64,000 nt of DNA, from the sequence record PV295200.1; one strand, given 5' to 3'. This DNA comes from Escherichia phage vB_Eco_BCPEco_001. The notes under the pieces are model-generated. The model was not told the DNA's origin. It ran no database searches and worked only from the letters and a program-made list of their open reading frames with translations. Position numbers and translations under genes: made by a program. The stretch's first letter is position 1; every line of letters starts with the position of its first letter. This document shows, piece by piece, positions 20,703 to 29,532 of this stretch.

Positions 20703-21641
20703 ATGTACAATATTAAATGCCTGACCAAAAACGAACAAGCTGAAATTGTTAAACTGTATTCAAGTGGTAATTACACCCAACAGGAATTGGCTGATTGGCA
20801 AGGTGTATCGGTTGACACAATCCGTCGTGTTTTGAAAAATGCTGAAGAAGCTAAACGCCCTAAAGTTACTATTAGCGGTGATATTACAGTTAAAGTTAAT
20901 AGCGATGCAGTTATTGCTCCAGTTGCTAAATCTGACATTATTTGGAATGCATCTAAAAAATTCATTTCAATTACTGTTGACGGTGTAACTTATAACGCAA
21001 CTCCTAATACTCATTCAAACTTCCAGGAAATTCTTAATCTGCTTGTAGCGGATAAGTTGGAAGAAGCGGCACAAAAAATTAATGTTCGTCGCGCTGTTGA
21101 AAAATATATTTCCGGCGATGTTCGAATTGAAGGTGGAAGCTTGTTCTATCAAAATATTGAATTGCGGTCTGGTTTGGTTGATCGTATTCTTGACTCGATG
21201 GAAAAAGGCGAAAACTTTGAATTTTATTTTCCGTTCTTGGAAAATCTGCTGGAAAACCCAAGCCAAAAAGCGGTATCTCGACTCTTTGATTTCTTGGTAG
21301 CAAACGATATTGAAATTACAGAAGATGGTTACTTCTATGCTTGGAAAGTAGTTCGCAGTAATTACTTTGACTGTCATTCAAATACTTTTGATAACAGTCC
21401 TGGTAAAGTAGTTAAAATGCCACGTACTCGTGTGAATGACGATGATACACAAACTTGTTCTCGTGGTCTGCATGTGTGTTCTAAATCTTATATTCGTCAC
21501 TTTGGCAGTTCAACCAGCCGAGTTGTAAAAGTTAAAGTTCATCCTCGCGATGTAGTATCAATTCCGATTGATTACAACGATGCTAAAATGCGTACCTGTC
21601 AATACGAAGTAGTTGAAGACGTTACTGAACAATTTAAATAA
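20703..21641 (+). CDS. rIIB: rIIB
   Basis: 312 aa as T4 rIIB. Confidence 0.92.
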   Translation: MYNIKCLTKNEQAEIVKLYSSGNYTQQELADWQGVSVDTIRRVLKNAEEAKRPKVTISGDITVKVNSDAVIAPVAKSDIIWNASKKFISITVDGVTYNATPNTHSNFQEILNLLVADKLEEAAQKINVRRAVEKYISGDVRIEGGSLFYQNIELRSGLVDRILDSMEKGENFEFYFPFLENLLENPSQKAVSRLFDFLVANDIEITEDGYFYAWKVVRSNYFDCHSNTFDNSPGKVVKMPRTRVNDDDTQTCSRGLHVCSKSYIRHFGSSTSRVVKVKVHPRDVVSIPIDYNDAKMRTCQYEVVEDVTEQFK

Positions 21642-21656
21642 GGGCTTCGGCCCTTA
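21642..21656 (+). terminator. UUCG-tetraloop hairpin after rIIB
   Basis: GGGC-TTCG-GCCC. Confidence 0.5.
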
Positions 21657-21669
21657 ACTAAGGAAAATT

Positions 21670-21864
21670 ATGTTAGGTTATCAAGCACGAGTAAAAGAAG
21701 AATACGATCAATTAATGCTCAAAATTAATGCACTGAGCAAATTTTTAGAAAGCGCAAAGTTTCTAACAGTTAGTGCAGTTGAGCAAGAACTGTTACTTTC
21801 GCAGTTTATCTCAATGAAATCTTATGCTGACTGTTTAGAGAAAAGAATTGAACAATTCAAATAA
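21670..21864 (+). CDS. Hypothetical protein (64 aa)
   Basis: ORF bracketed by two UUCG terminators. Confidence 0.45.
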   Translation: MLGYQARVKEEYDQLMLKINALSKFLESAKFLTVSAVEQELLLSQFISMKSYADCLEKRIEQFK

Positions 21865-21886
21865 GGGCTTCGGCCCTTTTGTTTTA
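21865..21886 (+). terminator. UUCG-tetraloop intrinsic terminator
   Basis: GGGC-TTCG-GCCC then TTTTGTTTT. Confidence 0.6.
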
Positions 21887-21895
21887 AGGTAAATT

Positions 21896-22225
21896 ATGAT
21901 TTATTGTATGAATATCGGTGACACCGACATAAAAGAAATTTCTCTACATGGTAATCATTACGTTAATATTGTGTACTGCAATAAATTCGAGTTTGGGCAT
22001 GAAAAACTTGGAGTTCTTTACTGCAATGATGTTATAGTCATGGACAAAAAGAATCTCGATGAACTTGATCGTAATTCTTTAGATGAAAATGATCGAATTT
22101 ACTATGGTACTCTTAAAGTGTATAACGCTTATCTTAGTGGTAAAAAGGAAAGTTTAAATGCAGAAAACGAATCCGGGGTTACAGAGACTATTTCAGATTC
22201 CGACATTTACCCTATCGAACAGTGA
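21896..22225 (+). CDS. Hypothetical protein (109 aa), 3' end overlaps denB out of frame
   Basis: ORF with RBS AAGG. Confidence 0.35.
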   Translation: MIYCMNIGDTDIKEISLHGNHYVNIVYCNKFEFGHEKLGVLYCNDVIVMDKKNLDELDRNSLDENDRIYYGTLKVYNAYLSGKKESLNAENESGVTETISDSDIYPIEQ

Positions 22226-22715
22226 CTTGACTAGTGAAATGAAGGTCAAAATTGTTGATACTGCAAGATACTCTTTAAAACAAAACCCAAATCAGGATAA
22301 GGCAGAAGTTATCGAAAGATGCCGTATCGCTGTGTACGCAGAGTTTTTTGTAGCAGATTGGATGAGCGGGTATGTTAACAAAGGTCAAGAAGATGTCGAT
22401 GATCCGTACACATATGCATGGGATGTATTGGCGCATCCAAGATACTGCGGGCTTCGTGTAGAAGTTAAGACACATCAAACTGACTCACGTTGGATTTCGG
22501 TGACAACAGGATGCAGCGGAGAGTATCCATATGGTTCTGGAATAAATCTAGGGCCCATTCTAAATCATCAAGTCGCTGACTGTATAATTATATTCAACAC
22601 TAAAGAAATTCATCCAGGTGTCATCCAATACACTCCGAAGTTCATCGGTGATAGAGAAGACCTTCGTAAGGTTGTAAGAAAAAGCAACTACAGCGGATGG
22701 TATCTTTCCATTTAA
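22158..22715 (+). CDS. denB: Endonuclease IV (DenB), cytosine-DNA specific
   Basis: 185 aa; position after rIIB as in T4. Confidence 0.6.
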   Translation: MQKTNPGLQRLFQIPTFTLSNSDLTSEMKVKIVDTARYSLKQNPNQDKAEVIERCRIAVYAEFFVADWMSGYVNKGQEDVDDPYTYAWDVLAHPRYCGLRVEVKTHQTDSRWISVTTGCSGEYPYGSGINLGPILNHQVADCIIIFNTKEIHPGVIQYTPKFIGDREDLRKVVRKSNYSGWYLSI

Positions 22716-22732
22716 AAAATTTTCACAAAACA

Positions 22733-22763
22733 GTTTACATACCACAAGGACCGTGGTACTATA
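22733..22763 (+). promoter_or_regulatory. T4-type early promoter (cassette copy)
   Basis: GTTTAC ... GTGGTACTATACAACTATCAA. Confidence 0.6.
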
Positions 22764-22797
22764 CAACTATCAACTGATACGGATTTGGAGAGTAAAA

Positions 22798-23061
22798 ATG
22801 AAATTTAAATTTTATTACGCTAAACATAAAATTACCGGTGAATTTATTGCATTTACGACTTCAACTACAGATGAAGGAGATATTTTTACTGCAGTATTTT
22901 TATCAAAATGGGAATCAGATCAACCTTACTTATCATCACGTGAAGATCTCCAACGATTAGTTAATGGAGAATATAATGATTCATGGTCATATTTAGTCCA
23001 TGATTGTGTTAAAAAGGCAATAAAACAAAAACACTTGGAAATCGTTGAGATTGAACTATGA
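22798..23061 (+). CDS. Hypothetical protein (88 aa)
   Basis: ATG 22798 after early promoter and leader; ORF-track start is earlier non-ATG. Confidence 0.5.
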   Translation: MKFKFYYAKHKITGEFIAFTTSTTDEGDIFTAVFLSKWESDQPYLSSREDLQRLVNGEYNDSWSYLVHDCVKKAIKQKHLEIVEIEL

Positions 23062-23140
23062 GTTCATTATGGTGGTGTTTTGTTTGGTTAATTAGTATTC
23101 CAGTAATTTGTTTAACATTTACTTTTGTGATGAGGTTATT

Positions 23141-23239
23141 ATGAAAATTTTGAATTCTGTACTTATTGCTTGTGCGTGGTGGGTTGTGCAAGTTTCAGCG
23201 GTAGTAGTTGGTATTCACATTTATTACGAATATTTTTAA
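23141..23239 (+). CDS. Tiny hydrophobic peptide (32 aa)
   Basis: ORF with RBS GAGG; single TM helix. Confidence 0.3.
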   Translation: MKILNSVLIACAWWVVQVSAVVVGIHIYYEYF

Positions 23240-23245
23240 AAAGTT

Positions 23246-23276
23246 GTTTACAAGACTGTTCTTCCGTGGTACTATT
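23246..23276 (+). promoter_or_regulatory. T4-type early promoter
   Basis: GTTTAC ... GTGGTACTATTACCCTATCAA. Confidence 0.6.
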
Positions 23277-23303
23277 ACCCTATCAACTACGGAGGAACAG
23301 AAA

Positions 23304-23417
23304 ATGAAAAAGATTATTAAAGCTATATGGAATGTAGTTATAATACTAGTAGTTTTGAGTATATTCCCAATCGTTTTAATGATTGATGTATTAAACGTTT
23401 ACTTTGGATTTATGTGA
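23304..23417 (+). CDS. Tiny membrane protein (37 aa)
   Basis: ATG after RBS GGAGGAACAG; TM helix. Confidence 0.35.
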   Translation: MKKIIKAIWNVVIILVVLSIFPIVLMIDVLNVYFGFM

Positions 23418-23424
23418 GGAAAAT

Positions 23425-23622
23425 ATGAAGCGTAAACGCAGTGCTTTTACATTTATTGAATGGTTTTTCGATAATATTTTTCCGGCTTTATTCATTTTCA
23501 TGCTGATTTTTGCCTTAGGTTCAGTTGTAGTTGGAATTTATTTGATGACGGTAGTCGGAATGGATATTCATCAAAATGGTTTAAAATCCGTGGTTGAAAC
23601 AATTTGGAATGGTGTAAAATGA
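23425..23622 (+). CDS. Small membrane protein (65 aa)
   Basis: RBS GAGGAAAAT; 2 TM helices. Confidence 0.4.
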   Translation: MKRKRSAFTFIEWFFDNIFPALFIFMLIFALGSVVVGIYLMTVVGMDIHQNGLKSVVETIWNGVK

Positions 23623-23729
23623 TGAATTTGCTGAGTGGTTGGTTTTATATTCTTATGTTTTACATTGGTGCAAATTTCCCATATTGGATGGGATGGTCAA
23701 CAACTGCATTTGGATTTTATACTCCTTGA
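23619..23729 (+). CDS. Tiny hydrophobic peptide (36 aa)
   Basis: ATG overlapping previous stop. Confidence 0.3.
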   Translation: MMNLLSGWFYILMFYIGANFPYWMGWSTTAFGFYTP

Positions 23730-23737
23730 GGTGAATT

Positions 23738-23953
23738 ATGAAAAGTTTTAAAGATGTAAAAGTTGGTGAAATTTTTTGTTTAGATAACGGTGATCAGTTA
23801 ATTCGTATTTCACCTCTTAAGAGCACTAGCGAGAAAATGACAGTTAACGCTACTTTAGAAAATAATAGTAATGAACGTTTCTGTATTGAAAATGATACTG
23901 AAACTTATACCGTAGAAGAATTCTGGGAATTGAGCGTCGACTGCGACGATTAA
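23738..23953 (+). CDS. Hypothetical protein (71 aa)
   Basis: RBS GAGGTGA. Confidence 0.45.
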   Translation: MKSFKDVKVGEIFCLDNGDQLIRISPLKSTSEKMTVNATLENNSNERFCIENDTETYTVEEFWELSVDCDD

Positions 23954-24013
23954 TTTAATGGCCGCGTGTATTCATACGGCCTTGGAGTAGAAAATAATTT
24001 AGAGGAAATTAAT

Positions 24014-24472
24014 ATGAAATATATGACTGTTACTGATCTGAATAATGCAGGCGCTACTGTTATTGGTACAATCAAGGGCGGTGAGTGGTTTTTGGGAACT
24101 CCGCATAAAGATATTTTATCTAAACCTGGATTTTACTTTTTAGTGAGTAAATTAGATGGTCGTCCATTTAGTAATCCGTGCGTGTCCGCACGATTTTATG
24201 TAGGTAATCAGCGTTCTAAGCAAGGATTCAGTGCGGTTCTAAGTCATATTCGTCAGCGTCGGTCTCAGCTTGCGCGTACTATTGCAAATAACAATGTTCC
24301 ATACACAGTATTTTATCTTCCTGCTTCTAAGATGAAACCTCTGACGACAGGATTTGATAAAGGTCAGTTAGCGTTGGCGTTTACTCGTAATCATCATTCT
24401 GAGTATCAAACACTTGAAGAAATGAACCGTATGTTGGCTGATAACTTTAAATTTGTTTTGCAGGCATATTAA
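24014..24472 (+). CDS. ndd: Nucleoid disruption protein Ndd
   Basis: 152 aa; [11 protein letters not shown]...; directly upstream of stp as in T4. Confidence 0.7.
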   Translation: MKYMTVTDLNNAGATVIGTIKGGEWFLGTPHKDILSKPGFYFLVSKLDGRPFSNPCVSARFYVGNQRSKQGFSAVLSHIRQRRSQLARTIANNNVPYTVFYLPASKMKPLTTGFDKGQLALAFTRNHHSEYQTLEEMNRMLADNFKFVLQAY

Positions 24473-24558
24473 TGAGTAATTTCCATAACGAACATGTGAT
24501 GCAGTTCTATCGTAACAATCTTAAAAACTTTGGTATTTTAGGTTCTAAAAATAGTTGA
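24472..24558 (+). CDS. stp: Stp peptide (28 aa), activator of host PrrC anticodon nuclease via EcoprrI
   Basis: [18 protein letters not shown] matches T4 Stp N-terminus as I recall it; TAATG overlap with ndd. Confidence 0.7.
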   Translation: MSNFHNEHVMQFYRNNLKNFGILGSKNS

Positions 24559-24568
24559 GGAGAATATT

Positions 24569-24727
24569 ATGAATATCGCAAAATTATTAGGAGTTATTTC
24601 ATTTATTTGCTGGATAGTAGCATGTGTTTTAACTATCTGTATTGATGCCAGCAGTGTGTTTTCGCAAGCTTTAGCTCAGGGTATGTGTGCATATTTAACA
24701 TTTGTGTTGTTATCTACTAATGATTAA
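24569..24727 (+). CDS. ac: Ac (acriflavine sensitivity) small membrane protein (52 aa)
   Basis: Size and position next to stp; hydrophobic. Confidence 0.55.
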   Translation: MNIAKLLGVISFICWIVACVLTICIDASSVFSQALAQGMCAYLTFVLLSTND

Positions 24728-24860
24728 GAAAATCTTGGGCTATTCATTAGCCCTTGCTATTTTATTGATAGCACTATATTATGGAGTAATGTTCGGATTA
24801 ATTCAAGTCGTGCTTTTCATTTCTGATGTTATTATGGCACTACATTCACTAGTATGGTAA
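24720..24860 (+). CDS. Small membrane protein (46 aa), 52.1 position
   Basis: ORF overlapping ac end, hydrophobic. Confidence 0.35.
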   Translation: MIKKILGYSLALAILLIALYYGVMFGLIQVVLFISDVIMALHSLVW

Positions 24861-24864
24861 ATTT

Positions 24865-26193
24865 ATGCAACTGAATAATCGCGATTTAAAAAGTATCATT
24901 GATAATGAAGCATTGGCTTATGCTATGTACACGGTTGAAAATCGTGCTATTCCAAATATGATTGATGGATTTAAGCCAGTTCAACGATTTGTTATTGCTC
25001 GAGCTCTTGATTTGGCACGAGGAAATAAAGATAAGTTTCATAAGCTCGCTTCTATCGCAGGTGGTGTAGCGGACCTTGGATATCACCATGGCGAAAACTC
25101 TGCACAAGACGCAGGTGCTTTGATGGCTAACACTTGGAATAATAACTTTCCTCTGTTAGATGGTCAAGGAAACTTTGGTTCTCGTACTGTTCAAAAAGCA
25201 GCGGCAAGTCGTTATATTTTTGCTCGTGTAAGTAAAAATTTCTATAACGTATATAAAGATACTGAATATGCTCCGGTACATCAAGATAAAGAACACATTC
25301 CGCCTGCTTTCTATTTGCCTATTATTCCTACTGTTCTTCTTAATGGCGTTTCCGGTATTGCAACTGGTTATGCAACTTACATTCTTCCTCATAGTGTTTC
25401 TTCTGTTAAGAAAGCTGTACTGCAAGCTCTTCAAGGAAAGAAGGTAACTAAACCGAAGGTAGAATTCCCAGAATTTCGTGGTGAAGTCGTTGAAATTGAT
25501 GGACAATATGAAATTCGTGGAACATATAAGTTTACTTCACGAACTCAAATGCATATCACTGAGATTCCGTATAAGTATGATCGTGAAACTTATGTGAGTA
25601 AAATCTTAGACCCACTTGAAGATAAAGGCTTCATTACATGGGATGATGCTTGTGGTGAGCATGGTTTTGGATTCAAAGTTAAATTCCGAAAAGAATACTC
25701 TTTGAGCGATAATGAAGAAGAACGCCATGCAAAAATTATGAAAGACTTCGGACTGATTGAGCGTCGTTCTCAGAATATTACAGTCATTAATGAGAAAGGA
25801 AAGCTGCAAGTTTACGATAACGTAGTTGATTTAATTAAAGACTTTGTTGAAGTTCGTAAAACTTATGTCCAAAAACGAATTGATAACAAAATCAAAGAAA
25901 CTGAATCAGCTTTTCGTTTAGCCTTTGCCAAGGCACATTTCATTAAGAAAGTAATTTCAGGTGAAATCGTTGTACAGGGTAAAACTCGCAAAGAACTGAC
26001 CGAAGAACTTTCGAAAATCGATATGTATTCTTCTTATGTTGATAAACTAGTTGGAATGAACATTTTTCATATGACTTCCGACGAAGCAAAGAAACTTGCT
26101 GAAGAAGCTAAAGCCAAAAAAGAAGAAAACGAATATTGGAAAACTACTGATGTAGTTACAGAATACACCAAAGATTTAGAGGAAATCAAATGA
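24865..26193 (+). CDS. 52: DNA topoisomerase II medium (GyrA-like) subunit gp52
   Basis: 442 aa; topo IIA cleavage-core motifs. Confidence 0.92.
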   Translation: MQLNNRDLKSIIDNEALAYAMYTVENRAIPNMIDGFKPVQRFVIARALDLARGNKDKFHKLASIAGGVADLGYHHGENSAQDAGALMANTWNNNFPLLDGQGNFGSRTVQKAAASRYIFARVSKNFYNVYKDTEYAPVHQDKEHIPPAFYLPIIPTVLLNGVSGIATGYATYILPHSVSSVKKAVLQALQGKKVTKPKVEFPEFRGEVVEIDGQYEIRGTYKFTSRTQMHITEIPYKYDRETYVSKILDPLEDKGFITWDDACGEHGFGFKVKFRKEYSLSDNEEERHAKIMKDFGLIERRSQNITVINEKGKLQVYDNVVDLIKDFVEVRKTYVQKRIDNKIKETESAFRLAFAKAHFIKKVISGEIVVQGKTRKELTEELSKIDMYSSYVDKLVGMNIFHMTSDEAKKLAEEAKAKKEENEYWKTTDVVTEYTKDLEEIK

Positions 26194-26339
26194 GTCCATT
26201 CATTGGTATCACAAGCGCTGCATTAGTATCTGGTGGCATTTTACTGGCGGGTTTAGGTGTTGTTCCTGCCGTAGCAGGAGGTCTTCTTGCGTTCGGAATT
26301 CAACGTGTTATCATGACAGTTATCACAGTCATGCAGTAA
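26190..26339 (+). CDS. Small membrane protein (49 aa); not in ORF track
   Basis: ATGA overlap with gene 52 stop; glycine-zipper-like TM. Confidence 0.4.
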   Translation: MSPFIGITSAALVSGGILLAGLGVVPAVAGGLLAFGIQRVIMTVITVMQ

Positions 26340-26344
26340 TTTTA

Positions 26345-26430
26345 GGGAGAGCCGAGGCTCTCCCTTTTTTATTTCAAAAATTTTTTCACAAACGGTTTAC
26401 AACCAAAGCATACTGTGGTACTATACAACT
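26345..26430 (+). repeat. Terminator-promoter cassette copy A (hairpin, A/T-rich UP region, early promoter, conserved leader)
   Basis: Near-identical to 43159-43245: TTTTTTATTTCAAAAATTTTTTCACAAACGGTTTACA...TGGTACTATACAACTATCA. Confidence 0.7.
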
Positions 26431-26472
26431 ATCAAATAAATGAACTGAAACAAACAACCCGGAGATACAAAA

Positions 26473-26700
26473 ATGAAATTTAAAATCGAAAACGAAATCG
26501 TTAAAGCTAAAAATGCTCTGACTGCTAACAAACTGGTTGTAGATGGTATTGAATATGATATCTGTGGAGTTCGTGAAGAAAAACCTGGTGTTCTGACTTT
26601 CTTCACAATGATTTTTAAATTTAAAGGTGGCACAGAATTCAAACAGTTTGATTTTGCCCATGAAGACGAAATCGAAGTTCGTAATCTGAACATTAAGTAA
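26473..26700 (+). CDS. Hypothetical protein (75 aa) inside a duplicated promoter cassette
   Basis: ORF with own early promoter and RBS. Confidence 0.5.
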   Translation: MKFKIENEIVKAKNALTANKLVVDGIEYDICGVREEKPGVLTFFTMIFKFKGGTEFKQFDFAHEDEIEVRNLNIK

Positions 26701-26737
26701 GTACTTTATTAGAGCTCTTGAAAAAGAGTGCAAAAAG

Positions 26738-26768
26738 TGTTTACTTCTGCTTTAAACATGATACTATA
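26738..26768 (+). promoter_or_regulatory. T4-type early promoter upstream of motA
   Basis: GTTTAC ... TGATACTATAG plus leader CTATCAAATAAATGAACTGAAAC duplicated from 26430-26455. Confidence 0.6.
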
Positions 26769-26804
26769 GACCTATCAAATAAATGAACTGAAACGGAGAT
26801 TAAA

Positions 26805-27440
26805 ATGTCTAAAGTAACTTACATCATCAAAGCTTCTAACGATGTTCTGAATGAAAAAACTGCTGCGATTTTAATTACTATTGCTAAGAAAGATTTCATT
26901 ACAGCTGCAGAAGTTCGTGAGGTGCATCCAGATTTAGGTAACGCAGTAGTTAATAGTAATATTGGGGTATTGATTAAAAAAGGCCTGGTGGAGAAATCTG
27001 GTGATGGATTAATCATTACGGGTGAAGCTCAGGATATTATTTCAAATGCAGCAACTTTATACGCACAGGAAAACGCTCCGGAACTGCTGAAAAAACGAGC
27101 AACTCGTAAAGCTCGCGAAATTACTTCCGATATGGAAGAAGATAAAGACTTCATGTTAAAACTTTTAGATGAAAATGGATTTGTTCTTAAAAAGGTTGAA
27201 ACTTATCGTAGTAACTATCTCGCTATTTTAGAAAAACGTACTCACGGAATTCGTAATTTTGAAATTAACAATAATGGAAATATGCGAATTTTTGGATACA
27301 AAATGATGGAACATCATATTCAGAAATTTACTGACATCGGAATGTCATGTAAAATCGCTAAAAACGGTAATGTGTATCTTGACATTAAACGCTCGGCAGA
27401 AAACATTGAAGCTGTAATCACTGTAGCATCTGAACTATGA
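26805..27440 (+). CDS. motA: MotA, activator of middle transcription
   Basis: 211 aa, MSKVTYIIKASNDVLNEKTAAILITIAKK... as T4 MotA. Confidence 0.92.
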   Translation: MSKVTYIIKASNDVLNEKTAAILITIAKKDFITAAEVREVHPDLGNAVVNSNIGVLIKKGLVEKSGDGLIITGEAQDIISNAATLYAQENAPELLKKRATRKAREITSDMEEDKDFMLKLLDENGFVLKKVETYRSNYLAILEKRTHGIRNFEINNNGNMRIFGYKMMEHHIQKFTDIGMSCKIAKNGNVYLDIKRSAENIEAVITVASEL

Positions 27441-27450
27441 GGAATAAATA

Positions 27451-27780
27451 ATGAACAAGTTAGAAATTGTCAATGAACTTCGTCGTTGTGCAGAACCTAC
27501 TCAAGAGGGTTGGGATATTTGGTACCATGGAGCTTATCTTGGAACTATTGTAAAGATTAAGACTGGTAAATACATGATTATTCGTGAAAGTAAAGATGCT
27601 CCAGTAGGTATTCGCAATAATTTTATGGCAGCGATAAGTTCATTTACAGATGCAGCTTACGAAATTTACCTTGCTGATTATAAAGAATTCCAGGAATCTC
27701 AACCGGTTATTCGCTCAATTGGTGTTAACAAAGCTCAACAGAAAACTTTGTGGCAACGTATTAAAGGATGGTTTAAATGA
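27451..27780 (+). CDS. Hypothetical protein (109 aa), arn.x region
   Basis: ORF, RBS GAGGAA. Confidence 0.5.
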   Translation: MNKLEIVNELRRCAEPTQEGWDIWYHGAYLGTIVKIKTGKYMIIRESKDAPVGIRNNFMAAISSFTDAAYEIYLADYKEFQESQPVIRSIGVNKAQQKTLWQRIKGWFK

Positions 27781-28238
27781 ACCCATTTATTAATCGTTTA
27801 AAAATGCTGAATGTTCCTTTATCTCGTGAAACTCCAGAAAGTCTTGTTGAAAAATTTAAAGCGCATGGTTATAAATGCACAGAAGAAGATATTCTGAAAG
27901 AAGTTCCTGAAATCTGTTGGCAGACCGCATACTGGGATGAAAACCAAAAGTATCAACGACGAATTGTTTGTGCCGCCAACCGTTTTAAATTAAAAGATGG
28001 ACGAACTCTTGTTATTCCAGGTGCTCGTCATTATTCTAAAGATATGGCAGAAGTTTTAGATGTAGTTAAACCCCAATTAGTTACTCAGCAAGTTTGTGAT
28101 GATGACCAAGGATTTATTGACCAATATAGTAATTATTGGACACGTGAAGAAGCAATGATTATTGCAACTTACGCTGGACAAGTACGTATTGAACGTGGTG
28201 GTAGTGAAAAAGAACTTTACTCTGAGGACCTTTACTAA
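27777..28238 (+). CDS. Hypothetical protein (153 aa)
   Basis: ORF, coupled. Confidence 0.5.
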   Translation: MNPFINRLKMLNVPLSRETPESLVEKFKAHGYKCTEEDILKEVPEICWQTAYWDENQKYQRRIVCAANRFKLKDGRTLVIPGARHYSKDMAEVLDVVKPQLVTQQVCDDDQGFIDQYSNYWTREEAMIIATYAGQVRIERGGSEKELYSEDLY

Positions 28239-28534
28239 TGAATATTAAAAAATTTCAAATTGATGGAATTACGAATCAAATTAAGGCATTGGAATATGCT
28301 AACAAAATGATGTCAACTAATTGGGGAATTTATACCAATGAGCCGGGATTTAAGTTCTGTGATATGGAATTCACTAAAAAGCTTGTAGGAAAAGATTATG
28401 TGTGCCCATTTAGTTCTCCAGTAAATGGAATACTAAAACCCACTTTACGCGATCTTTATATTGCGATGAACGAAGAAATGATAAAAGAACTAAAACGTCA
28501 ACTGAAGGTGATTCAATTTGGCCAGGGAAATTAA
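28238..28534 (+). CDS. Hypothetical protein (98 aa)
   Basis: ORF, coupled. Confidence 0.5.
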   Translation: MNIKKFQIDGITNQIKALEYANKMMSTNWGIYTNEPGFKFCDMEFTKKLVGKDYVCPFSSPVNGILKPTLRDLYIAMNEEMIKELKRQLKVIQFGQGN

Positions 28535-28736
28535 TTCAAAATCCGATTATTTTAATTCTCTCAATGATAAAGATAAAAATCTAATACGGCATTTTATTGT
28601 TGAGATGGGATATACCGATACACGCGATTTAAGAGAACATATATTTGAATGTGGTGTAGCTAAAAAGTTTTCATTCACATGCAAATGTTTAAGAGAGGTA
28701 ATTCAGCACTATGAACAATTTAGTCGCAAAGCATAA
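28518..28736 (+). CDS. Hypothetical protein (72 aa, TTG start)
   Basis: SD AGGTGA before TTG; start uncertain. Confidence 0.3.
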   Translation: MAREINSKSDYFNSLNDKDKNLIRHFIVEMGYTDTRDLREHIFECGVAKKFSFTCKCLREVIQHYEQFSRKA

Positions 28737-28819
28737 TTTTAATAAAGCTTCTGTCCATAAAGATAAGAAGAAAGCGTTTAAAGAATCTAATCGCAAACAG
28801 AAACATAAGGGGAAGGTCT

Positions 28820-29098
28820 ATGATTATTGATTCTCAATCTGTGGTTCAATACACAATCAAAATTGATATTCTAGAAAAGCTATATAAGTTTCTACCAAAC
28901 CTATACCATTCAATTGTCAATGAATTAGTTGAAGAGTTACATCTTGAGAATAATGATTTCTTGATTGGAACTTATAAAGACCTCTCAAAAGCAGGATATT
29001 TTTACGTAATTCCAGCTCCAGGAAAAAGTATTGATGATGTATTAGAAACTATAATGATTTATGTCCATGATTACGAAATTGAAGATTATTTCGAATGA
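28820..29098 (+). CDS. arn: Arn, anti-restriction nuclease (McrBC inhibitor)
   Basis: 92 aa acidic protein immediately upstream of asiA region. Confidence 0.75.
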   Translation: MIIDSQSVVQYTIKIDILEKLYKFLPNLYHSIVNELVEELHLENNDFLIGTYKDLSKAGYFYVIPAPGKSIDDVLETIMIYVHDYEIEDYFE

Positions 29099-29247
29099 GT
29101 CATAATCTTGAAAAGGTAATCGAGCATAATGTAGCTCAGGAACGCGAGTCGTTCAAGGAATTCGTAGAAAAAATTTTTGAAGAAAATAACACAGACCAGT
29201 TTACAAATCAAGCGTCTGATGATATTATAACAAAGTCAACTAATTGA
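29095..29247 (+). CDS. Small protein (50 aa), asiA.1 position; not in ORF track
   Basis: ATGA overlap with arn stop. Confidence 0.35.
   Translation: MSHNLEKVIEHNVAQERESFKEFVEKIFEENNTDQFTNQASDDIITKSTN
29199..29229 (+). promoter_or_regulatory. T4-type early promoter upstream of asiA (inside small ORF)
   Basis: GTTTAC ... TGATATTATAA. Confidence 0.5.
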
Positions 29248-29259
29248 GTGGTATAGTTA

Positions 29260-29532
29260 ATGAATAAAAACATTGATACAGTTCGTGAAATTATTACTGT
29301 TGCATCTATTTTGATTAAATTTTCCAGAGAAGATATTGTTGAGAATCGTGCTAATTTTATTGCATTTCTTAATGAGATTGGAGTAACGCATGAAGGTAGA
29401 AAGTTAAATCAGAATTCATTTCGTAAAATTGTTTCTGAATTAACTCAAGAAGATAAGAAAACCCTCATCGATGAATTCAACGAGGGTTTTGAGGGTGTAT
29501 ATCGATATCTAGAAATGTATACGAACAAATAA
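29260..29532 (+). CDS. asiA: AsiA anti-sigma70 factor
   Basis: 90 aa, MNKNIDTVREIITVASILIKFSRED... as T4 AsiA. Confidence 0.92.
   Translation: MNKNIDTVREIITVASILIKFSREDIVENRANFIAFLNEIGVTHEGRKLNQNSFRKIVSELTQEDKKTLIDEFNEGFEGVYRYLEMYTNK

Noticed and set aside
23069-23095. 8-codon ORF ATGGTGGTGTTTTGTTTGGTTAATTAG
   Set aside because: Too short, no RBS.
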